NCBI GenBank assembly: GCA_964016885.1
Contig: OZ024760.1
Span: 13,764,001-13,828,000, forward strand
DNA length: 64,000 bases
Direction of reading: 5' to 3'
From: Eledone cirrhosa
Taxonomy: Eukaryota
The position numbers and the translations under genes were made by a program. The notes beneath the pieces were generated by a model. That model was not told the DNA's origin. It worked only from the letters and a program-made list of their open reading frames with translations, and did no database searches. This document shows positions 54,397 through 64,000 of the stretch, in pieces; position 1 is the stretch's first letter, and each line of letters opens with the position of its first letter.

Positions 54397-54945
54397 TGTC
54401 AGGTCACCAGTTGGTGCTACTGGTAACATGTATCCCAGTACAACCTGTCTCCTGGTCGGGTCGTTGGCGACTAAACTGGCAACCCCACTAAGGTTTCTTG
54501 GTGAGGAGGGTGACTTTGGACATCCTGCAGGACTAAAAACAAAACCTGTCAAAGGGCAAAGGAGCTCTTAAGAGTCAATGGCCATCCAAAATCACCGGGA
54601 GAGATGACCCCTTAGCCTGTGTCAAGGCAGAATTCTAGGAGAAGGAAAACTCTGATATAACACCTGCAACCCTGATGGTATCCAATGATGTTGACTTGTT
54701 TTTCTTTTTGGTAAATATCATCTTGGTTAAGAGAGTGGGACTGGCTTTGTGCAGTGCCTTTGCTCACTATAAAAGCTTCACAGCACAGGCATTGCTTTAT
54801 ATCTGGAGATCTCTCTGCACTTGTCGTCACATGGAACCATGGGCCCAGCACTGTCAATAATTGTCACAAGTGTAGTGTTTGTACCAGAGTTTTCAAGTCA
54901 CTGGCTGGACTAAAACGTCACACTCGTTCAGCCCATCGGTAGGGG
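54397..54945 (+). mobile_element. Internally deleted RTE/BovB-like element (5' UTR and C-terminal C2H2 finger)
   Basis: 5' UTR motif ctaggagaaggaaaactctga. The 3' part encodes HKCSVCTRVFKSLAGLKRHTRSAH, a C2H2 finger found at the end of RTE ORFs. Confidence 0.55.
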
Positions 54946-55139
54946 TTCTCCTACATGGATATAAAGTAGGGGCCGTACTCGAAAAAGAGTTGGCAACCAC
55001 CATATATATGTATATATGTATATATTTATATGTATGTATATATGTGTATATATGCATATATTTATATGTATGTATATATATATATATATATATGTATGTT
55101 TCTGGCTTTCTCTTATTTTCACTCACTAATCTGCTAGCT

Positions 55140-56000
55140 CACTTCCTTCCTCGTCCGTAACTGTCACTTCTCTTGCTCACACTTCTACAGTGAATGTGTC
55201 TTTTTTTTCTTATCAAACCCGCCAGAACTTGTGTTTGAAATCAATTTGTTCACTCGATTTTTTTTTTTTTTTTTTTTTTTTTTCCCTTTCTTTTTGTTGC
55301 TTCAGCCTTTGTGTCTGTTTATATTTTTCTCTCTCTCTCCCCTCTTTTTTATCCCAATAACTTATTTTAGTTATTGTTCGCCCTAGGTTGAGGCATCTTG
55401 TCTCTAACGCGAAGAAATGCCTATGATTCCTAGCAGACAACTGACGATGGATATTGCCCTCTTTTGCCCGTAACTTTTATTTTGATTATATTTCAATGCA
55501 ACCACACAGCTTGCCATTTTATTCACATAGTTTTCTTCTCGGTTGTGACCCATCTCTCTTCTATCCCCTTGTTGCTATGCTCTCTCTCCCCCTTCTCCCT
55601 CTTCTGCTAGTCACCTTCTCTCGGCTAACCTGCCACTTCTAAAGCAGTCTCTTCTCTCACTCACACTGCTACAGTGAAGACATGTATTTTTTTTTCTCGT
55701 TAAACCCACCAGAACTTATGTTCAAAATGAGTTGTTGACTTGATTATTCCTCTTTTCGTTTCTTCACCCTTCATGTGTGTATCCATTTTTCTCTCTCCCC
55801 CTTTTTTTATTCCAATAACTTATTTTAGTTATTGTTCGCCCTAGGTTGAGGTATCTTGTCTCTAACGCGAAGAAATGCCTATGATTCCTAGCAGACAACT
55901 GACGATGGATATTGCCCTCTTTTGCCCATAACTTTTCTTTTCATTATACTTAAATGCAACCACACAGCTCGCCATTTTATTCATAGTTTCCTTCTCCGCT
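55140..56000. repeat. Tandem duplication of about 458 bp with a highly conserved core of about 120 nt
   Basis: ttattgttcgccctagg starts at 55371 and 55829. The core has only two substitutions while the flanks are visibly diverged. Confidence 0.85.
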
Positions 56001-56049
56001 GAGTTTTGTCCTCTTTTCTACTCATCAACAATTTTGTCTTAGCTATGTT

Positions 56050-56270
56050 CACTCTCAGTCCTCTTAATTCCAACTCTGTTTTCATAGCCAGAATTTATTC
56101 TCAAGCTCTTCTACTGATTTTATCATCAGCATAGATAAGTTTCTGTAAACAGGATGTATTCCTACTTGTATCTGGAATTTGTCACTAAACTCCATTCCTA
56201 CCCTCACTTTACTGACAGCACCTCTGTACAAAGCTTGCAATGTCCTCACAAGCCATTCATCAACACCTAC
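56050..56270 (-). mobile_element. RTE-type RT fragment
   Basis: GVDEWLVRTLQALYRGAVSKVRVGMEFSDKFQIQVGIH. Confidence 0.65.
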
Positions 56271-56749
56271 ACCGAAAAACAACCCAAACCAAACCGTGTG
56301 TTCTGTTATTATTTCTTGCAATATTTATAACAATATGACCCTCCCCTGTTATAACTATATATATATATATATCGTCATACAAATATGTATCGCAGCATTA
56401 TCAATAAAGGACTTTAACATCTGAAAGTATTTCGCATTTTATCATTATATATATATGCACACATACACACACATACACCGAGAGAGACGACATATATTTA
56501 TATATGCTAGCTGAAGAACTGCCCTTTGGGCGTTTTTCTGCTAGTATATATAGACATAAGTTTTTGTAGTGTCCCTTTTCTATCATTTAAAAAGAAACTG
56601 AAATGCATTTCAACTAAAAGAGTGATAGCTGTTTCACATGACTGTAGAATTTCTTTGTAGACACAGTTGCCAGCAAACAGACACCTTTCATTTAATATTT
56701 TAATATTTTCTTTTTTGTGATAATGCAACATACGTGAGAATTGTGTTTG

Positions 56750-58690
56750 TAGATAAATGTCTGCCCTTGAAGGTTGTTTCAACTATTTGTGGTCTATCAC
56801 CATGACGTAGAACTGGAAGAATTTGGTTTTAGTCACCAGATACCACTAAATGGCTTTTTGCAATCTCGAACATCTTTGAAGCTCCTGTCAGGCATTGAAA
56901 GATATTCTTATGTCCCATACCTCTCTCATCAATGATTAACAGGTCAGCTTGCTGCATAAGTTTACCTGTGTCATCCCTCTTTGTGAAGAAGCAAGTTGAT
57001 TCAGCAGTCATATTGAGAGGAATCGTGCACTTGGAATGAAGAGTTCTTTGTTTGTGAAGCAAAGTGGCTGCTATTCCAGATATGGCAGTGGCAAGTGCAA
57101 TTATTTTTTACATTGGAGGTAATCCATTAGAATGCTTATGACCTGTACCTGCACTTGCATTCAAGCAGAAAATTCTGCCCTCATTTTCATTTACAGAGGT
57201 AATTACTTTGTGAAAAAGAACCAGTTGCTGAGGATTCAATGTTGGCAGAAGTTAATTTATTTGTTTGCATGGACATGAATTGCTCATGACGTTCATGCAT
57301 AATATCCTCTGCAAGACAATTCTTCCATTTCTCCCAGAACTGCAGAGGGTCATTTGGCATGCAGTGCAATAAAATGGTGCAGAAGATCTGTGGCAGCTGA
57401 GGACCAACAGACTAAGTTAATCTTTATATGAAGTTTACCCAGCCTTGTGATGTATGATCATTCTGAGGTAATATAATTCAGATTGATGTCTTCTGAGAAT
57501 GCGTCCAAGAGATTCACTCATAAATTGTTGATCACTATCCAGATGTCCCCTTTTTTTCTTTGCCATTTTTTGTTTGTCCAAGTGAAATATTTAGGAATAT
57601 CAATATACAATATATCTTGTTCCAGCGGGTCTCTAATATTCAGTTGAAAATATTCCGTGAACTTAGTCATTGGCTGTCCCCTAGAAAGAACTTTCTTCCT
57701 GCTCTTGCTCAAACACGACCATTTGTTCCCCAGGTAAATGGCAAGGCAACTTTCCAGAATGCTTCACTGGCTGAGATGTACCATGCATTGATATAGGTCT
57801 CAATTTCATTTCGAGCATGGACACAATTTCCTCGATCATCGTTAATAGTGAAAGTGATTTTGTCTGATCCTTTTGTGATGTACTTTAATTAGTTAACAGC
57901 CTTGACACTGTAGACAACCTCACAATTGACCATGCTATCTACCCCTTCTTCTATACTTTGAAAAGGAACTTTTGGCAACAAATGCGGTTTGCCTTGGGAT
58001 AACTGTTTGAGCATTGTTATTGTTGTCCTAGCCCTTCCTTTCATGAGCACATCATATTAACTTGTCCACATGGGCCATGAATGTTGCAAGATGGGGATGA
58101 TCTTCTGTAGAATTGGAATCTCACAGTACACTACCTGATCAATGTCATCAGCAGTTTTGTGCTTACTATCTTCAGCCATTATCTGCAGAATATGAGCATG
58201 AGTGGGGCCTCGTTTCTGCCACTCTATTGTAGCAGAACGAGCAACAACTTTTCCTAGGACATTTTCTTTTTCAGTATGTCACCCATGAGGCTGTCATACT
58301 TGATGTTGAAGAATCTTGCACAAATATCAGGGCGGTCTCTAGGTTCTTGACTAGGGTGCAAATTATTTTTTATTTCATCCCAGTTAGAGTTAGTTGTTAC
58401 CGTGATGAAATAAGACGACTTTACCATGTCGAACCACAGTCATCGAATTCTGAAAGCACTCACTGTAGAAGCGATTGGGAACCATAGATTGAAGGTGGAA
58501 GAACAATTCTCCGGCCTTCATTTACTGAATCTCCTTCAGCCTCATAGAAACCCTCATACTTTTCAGCTCGCATCACGGTTCGATTGTTACGGCCATTTTG
58601 AGGTGACAACATTGTATTTTTCCCTGGGCATCTACAGCATATTGCTGCATCAGCCACCTGCTCTTCACAACATTAGTCACCTTGCCTAAC
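56750..58690 (-). mobile_element. Helitron RepHel pseudogene (HUH Rep and PIF1-like helicase)
   Basis: Minus-strand translation gives Rep motif 1 YFITVTTNSNWDEIK and RDRPDICARFFNIK, motif 2 TIEWQKRGPTHAHILQ, and motif 3 VNCEVVYSVKAV..LKYITKGSD. Helicase motifs are LNASAGTG, ALATAISGIAATLL and DLLIIDE. Many stops and frameshifts. Confidence 0.9.
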
Positions 58691-59065
58691 CTGAAACCGA
58701 TAACCAGTGGGTGTGAGTGTGTGGTTGTTGTCAATCCTTTTCAAACCAACCCGAAACCCATCATTCCCACAAGGAAACAGTAGCACAGGACAATATTCAC
58801 ATTTTCAGAGACTGGCATTTTAATGACTTTCTTGAAGCTTCTTATATGATAAATGTTACCTATGATCTTAAATGTGGGACTAAACCCTGGCTTGCTCCCC
58901 CCCCCTCTCTCTCTCTCCCATACACTGACATAAGATCATATAATTCAGCATTGTGGCTGTCTGTAAAATGTGAAAAGAAAGGCAAGGTTTTAACTGACAT
59001 ATAATTAGATGTATGTATTTATGCCATGTGCGTTAATTTATATACGCACAATAGTCAGTCTCCTG

Positions 59066-59390
59066 ATCTGTTACAAACACAATTCTCAGGGCGAAACAGA
59101 TTAAATCTCTAATCTGTCCGGGAGATGAAATAGTTATTGAAACGATGTGTACATTTTACTCTATCCTGTATTTTCCGTTTGCTCGCACGAGGTGAAATAT
59201 TCATTCGTGTAGCTTTTAGTTTTAGGTGTTTGTCACATTTTATCTTATCTCTCGCTGATGACGCCTACGGATTATCTGTTACAAACACAATTCTCAGGGC
59301 GAAACAGATTAAATCTCTAATCTGTCTGGGAGATGAAATAGTTATTGAAACGATCTGTACATTTTACTCTTTATCCTGTATTTTCCGTAT
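59066..59390 (+). mobile_element. 208-bp tandem repeat carrying hammerhead motifs (non-LTR retrozyme or Penelope pLTR-like)
   Basis: atctgttacaaacacaattctcagggcgaaacagattaaatctctaatctgtc occurs at 59066 and 59274. Confidence 0.65.
59241..59340 (+). ncRNA. Type I hammerhead ribozyme (predicted)
   Basis: Stem I is tatcttatctctcg (59241-59254) with tgggagatgaaata (59327-59340). Core CTGATGA is at 59255-59261. Stem II is gcc..ggc with an extended hairpin. GAAA is at 59301-59304. Stem III is acagatta/taatctgt. Predicted cleavage at GTC, after 59326. Confidence 0.75.
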
Positions 59391-59413
59391 GCTTCAGGTT
59401 AAATCTGTCAAAC

Positions 59414-59471
<58 letters not shown>

Positions 59472-59841
59472 TCAACCAACTGTGACGCCTAAACCAATCA
59501 GCTTTAGTAATCCAGTGAAACTACACACCGATTGGTCGAAATACAGTTTTCAAGATTTAGCATTCTGGAGCCACTTTTCACAGTGGCAAAATTTACCCAT
59601 CTCATTACGGTTGAAAATTGCAAACTTGACTGTCACCACACATTATGAACCTGAAGATTGCGAAAGCATGAAAGTACTTGTTCAATTAACACTTAACATT
59701 TAATATTCTACCATACTATTTCATTCTAATACTATTATAAATTTTAAAGGATTGTAAATAAAACGAGTAAATCAAAGTTGGAATTCCTTTTATTAATATA
59801 ATCTTCTATACATAATCATACACACCCGTGTATATCTATCT

Positions 59842-59887
<46 letters not shown>

Positions 59888-59899
59888 GACACACACACA

Positions 59900-60063
59900 T
59901 TGTCCTGGGTATGACATTAAACTACATCCAGTGACAAGGCTCCATTTCGGGAGTTCATGAGCTGTGGGGAATGTGGAGTTACCCCTTAGTTGTCATAACT
60001 CCCAGGTCTGCTCTGGCCCAGAGCAGTGTTACCTGTTAGGGCCCCATTTATGGGTGAAATAAT
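59900..60063 (+). mobile_element. Short interspersed repeat also present in every array unit
   Basis: tgtcctgggtatgacattaaactacatccagtg...cccaggtctgctctggcc...ggccccattta also occurs at about 29193, 32457, 36122, 39792, 43462, 47138 and 50801. Confidence 0.7.
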
Positions 60064-61225
60064 AAAAGAACCATGTAGTCGATTTAACAGCACTAAGGTT
60101 GTCAAGGCTTATGGGCACTCTGAATGTGAGGACAATTCGGACACTGAGAAATACTTCCCTGGAACTAAGAAGACCCCCACCCCGAAAAGAGGCCCGACCC
60201 AGTGGTGCCAAACCAAAAGGTATGCTTTCTCTCTTTCTCTTTCTTTCTTTCTCTCTCTCGCATACACTTAATGTTAAAAGAAAAGCAAGCTTTGAAGTGA
60301 CAAATAATTAGATACATTGATACGACGCGTCGCCCTCATATCATGTATCTGTATGGCTGTCTGTCTGAACTTTCTAAATAAAACACACCCACACCCAACA
60401 AAGAGAACCAAATAGTTAAATTATAGAGTAGCCTAACTTGAGATTTTAATTTTTTCCATTTTTTTCATACACAAAAATACAGATCCATAAACATTTATGT
60501 GTGTGGATCTATGTATATAGATAGGTAGATGGACAAGGGTGTCCTCACATAGGAGGTTTCCCGGTTGTTGTAATGATAGACTCCAGTTCTATCCCGAAAA
60601 ACTTGAAATGAAGCAACTGGCTTATTAATACAATGTGCTGCCAGACCTAGGGTTTGATGTTATGTTTATGAGTGCAGCACACTAACCATTGAAGCCCCAC
60701 CATCACATACTGAACCTACATTAGAACACTACCACACACTACAGCACTACCAGGCACTATAACACTGCCATACTACACTACCACCATCACACTACATCAC
60801 CAACACCACCATTCTATATATTCAGATATATCATATCTACCCCACCTTTAACCCTGGCTCTTTATAACCCCTAAAATCTCTATTTCAGATATATCGTCAT
60901 TCCTACGTTACCTCTAAATATGTAACTGCTTCACCACGGCCGTTGTTGTCCCTAATGAAGGGCTGGGCTCTGCTACGCAACAGCAATGTACCAGGTGGTT
61001 TTGAGAAATACTTCCCTGGAACTAAGGAGACCCTGCCACGAAAAGAGGCCCGACCCAGTGGTGCCAAACCATAAGGTATACTTAATCTCTCTCTCTCTCT
61101 CTTCTAGACACTTCTATAAGGTCATATAATTGAACAGTGTGTCATTTCTAAAATGTGAAAAGAAAGGCAATGTTTTCAGTGACATAATTAGAAAGATATA
61201 GATACAACGCCGCACACTCATATCA

Positions 61226-61430
61226 TCTATATATATAAAACTGTGTGTGTCTCCTCATTTTTGCAAAGTCTATACAAATCCACATTTCTACTCTGATTGG
61301 CTTCAAACTTGCATTTATATATTCCTTGTGGTCTAAAGATATTAACTGCAGCTTTTATTTTTCAATTTTCTGTTTTTAAAGAGGTGTTAGGCACCAGTTA
61401 TCGATCTCCATCGTGCCCTTATAATATGTT
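61226..61430 (+). mobile_element. Helitron-like 5' terminus
   Basis: A|TCTATATATATAAAA followed by (TG)n. It interrupts a dispersed repeat exactly at an A|T (compare the uninterrupted tcatatca|tgtatctg near 60340). Confidence 0.55.
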
Positions 61431-61699
61431 TGTATGTCTGGCTGTCTGCATAACGACATTATGATCCATGACGTCAGCAATGACGTTAATCTTCGCCACA
61501 TTCACACACACACGCGCATGCGCAGATATGCATATATATATATATATATATACGTATGTATGTATGTATGTATGTATGTATGTGAGTTTCAGAAGATCCC
61601 GTTAAGGGTGAAAGCAGCGATTCTTTGCTTAAACTTTAATCTGTTATTTTAATAAATATATATATATATACATATATCATAATTGAATATAAAAGAAAA

Positions 61700-63020
61700 A
61701 CGAACACAGATATATACATGTGTTCAAATAGTAAGGCATGAGATTCGCTAAGGTGAAAATAATACTAACTATAGACAATTTAAGAATAAATCAATAAAAT
61801 AAATACAAACTTGGCTGCTATCTTTAGTGGTGTGAGTTTGTGAGACACGCTAAGTTCAGATACCATGTGCGTTATATATACGCACACTATTCAGTTTTTT
61901 AATATACTTAGAAATGTCCATGATAATAATTCTTCATCCACTAATGAGCAAGAATTGGTATTCCTCTTCACAATTAATTTTGCGAAACAGCATTACCAAA
62001 GGTGTCTGGGTGATTGGTACTTACCACAATTCCGGTTTGTATTTCTTTTCTTGATTTATTCTTAAATTGAGTCTGGCAAACCCTATTGTCTCTAGTTAGT
62101 ATTCTTTTCACCTTAGCGAAGCTGAACCCGGTTGTCAAACGGATCGGTCCCACCCGTGACAGCAGTCGTTCGACATAGCCCCACAGATAGGCAATGCGCG
62201 AGCACTGTACAATGCGTGTGCAACTGTTTCCTCGTCGCACCCGCATCTGGGACAGATCTTTTTCGAGGGGTCTCTACCAGGGCGCCCGTGTCTGTAGAGC
62301 CTTTCTCGAACGGGCAGAGCCCCTCGGTGGCACTGCCAGGCCAGGGACCTCTGGAAGTTATCCATAGGTCCCGGGCTGAATGTCCTACCGAACAGGTTGG
62401 CCAGTTCGTTTTCCTCCATGCCTAGGGCTTCTCCGAGGGTGTTGCCGCACCTGCTAACCACCAGCCCTCTATAGAATGACGAGTTGGATTCTCCACTGAC
62501 AGCCGGGTCCGCCTGCCAGAGAGCCGTGAGCGCCTGGGCACACTCGGTGTGCCAGGCGCCCAATTTTCTCGGTCTTTGCTTGACCCAGGATTGCAGCTCG
62601 GTGAGCGAGACGAGTCTGGGAAAGGCTCGCCTCACAAACGGGGCCCACACCGGTTGACCGGTGATGAATACCTGGAGGTGCCGTAGCCTTAATGCGTGTT
62701 TACGCATCACCAGCCACGGCATCTCAGCCCTCCTTTCGAAGGGTGTTGACAGCAGATGGATCTCCTCACCATAGGAGCCCGCTTCTTCCAAAGGAATTGG
62801 AAGAGTGTGCGCTCCATTTTTGGAGAGCGTTTCCCTTGGGCAAGGCACGACGGTCAGGCGGTAGTAGATGTGTTCGCCACCTCCGCCCGACGACGGCATT
62901 AACAACTCCAACTTCTGCAGCAGTGGCTCTAGTCATTACATACAGAAGGGAGGAGAGAGGGCACCCTTGTCGGATGGACCGCGCGATTTCGAACGGCTCC
63001 GAGAGGTAGCCGTTCACCTT
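61700..63020 (-). mobile_element. Tx1/L1-type non-LTR retrotransposon 3' part (RT piece, zf-RVT/CCHC region, 3' UTR), internally deleted
   Basis: NGYLSEPFEIARSIRQGCPLSSLLYV and AWQCHRGALPVRERLYRHG..CPRCGCDEETVAHAL. Confidence 0.8.
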
Positions 63021-63029
63021 GACAAGAGC

Positions 63030-63900
63030 AGAAGTGCGTGCCTGCCTGCCTTAAGTCGTCCATGTTGTGGCTCCAGGTGAAGAGTTTGTACTTGAGCACA
63101 AATATGCGTGCTCATTTGCATGGTGACATGTCTGCAGCATTTGGTCAGAATATTTTAGCACTTTGTGAGGGCAAGGTCCCTGCGGATGACAAAGGCGGAA
63201 TAGCAATCGACTCCCTGTGCAACATTGTGAGCAGCCCTTCTGACCTTTTGGAAGCAGTTTTTTCTAATGTCTCATCTAACTTTAAAAACCTCGATTAGCT
63301 CAGCGAAAGAGCCATCCTTGCTCGGAAAAATACCACGGTTAATTTTATTAACGAGCAGCTGATTGAGAAGATTCCCGGTAAAGAAGACATCTTCAAATCT
63401 ATCGACCTGGCGTCAGACCCCGACGATATCGTTAATTATCCGGTTGAGTTATTAAATTCCCCAGGGCTCCCACCTCTTATTCTTAAGCTTAAGGTTGGCT
63501 GTCCCATTATGCTAATAAGGAACTTGCGTCCACCAAAGCAGTGCAACGGTACTCGCATGGTCGTCAAGTCACTGACGCTGCACTTGATTGAGGCCACCAT
63601 TGTAACGGGGTGCTGGAGAGGGGAGAATGTTTTCATTCCAAGGATGAACCTTTGCCCCTCGGCGTCAGATATCCCGTTCGATTTCCGGCGATCCCAATTC
63701 CCGGTGAGACCATTTTTTTTTTTTTTTTCCAAGTCCATTAACAAGTCACAAGGGCAAACATTGTTGGTGGCGGTCATCCATTTGGGGGAGCCATGCTTCT
63801 CCCATGGCCAACTTTGTTGCCAGTTTCCGCGTATGGAGCAGGAATGGACTTTTTGCTTACACTCCTCAAGAGATGACACGCAATATCGTCTACTATGAAG
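63030..63900 (+). mobile_element. Helitron PIF1-like helicase C-terminal pseudogene
   Basis: ACLKSSMLW..LSTNMR, ERAILARKN, YPVELLNS..GLPP..LKLKVGCPIMLIRNLRPPKQCNGTRMVV, FIPRMNL, RSQFPVR, SINKSQGQTL and FSHGQL. Confidence 0.9.
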
Positions 63901-64000
63901 TGCTATAGATGTTTGAGTTATGCCGTCTGGAAAACTGGTTGGGTCACCCATAGCGGACAGATCTGACACGCAGCGGCATCAGGGACACCATCTTGCAACT

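Noticed and set aside
54754-54942. Host C2H2 zinc-finger gene
   Set aside because: A single finger with no linker array or exon structure. It fits the RTE ORF C-terminus.
63030-63900. Host PIF1 helicase gene
   Set aside because: Intronless, with stops and frameshifts and Helitron-type motifs, in a TE context.

Overview
AT-rich, microsatellite-dense animal genomic DNA. The SINE/LINE repertoire and (AT/AC)n load suggest a coleoid cephalopod, probably an octopus (inference). The only host protein-coding sequence is the last three coding exons of a TMCC/TEX28-family gene (+, 191-1968). The rest is mostly decayed transposable elements: RTE-type APE-RT LINEs, CRE-clade RT-REL elements, a Tx1/L1 fragment, Tc1/mariner, pogo, Merlin and Gypsy fragments, Helitron RepHel remnants, and several SINE families. 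A recent head-to-tail array of about 6.4 near-identical 3.67-kb units spans 30.7-54.3 kb. Each unit carries an internal fold-back and candidate non-coding exons. Right of the array are three candidate self-cleaving RNA motifs. One is a well-formed type I hammerhead in a 208-nt tandem repeat, retrozyme-like (59.1-59.4 kb). One is a degenerate HDV-like fold at the 5' edge of an RTE element (54.4 kb). The third is a duplicated, conserved core holding all three hammerhead catalytic segments in a non-canonical pseudoknotted order (55.4 and 55.8 kb). Boundaries of repeats and mobile elements are approximate, and all family calls come from motifs read by eye, not from database searches.
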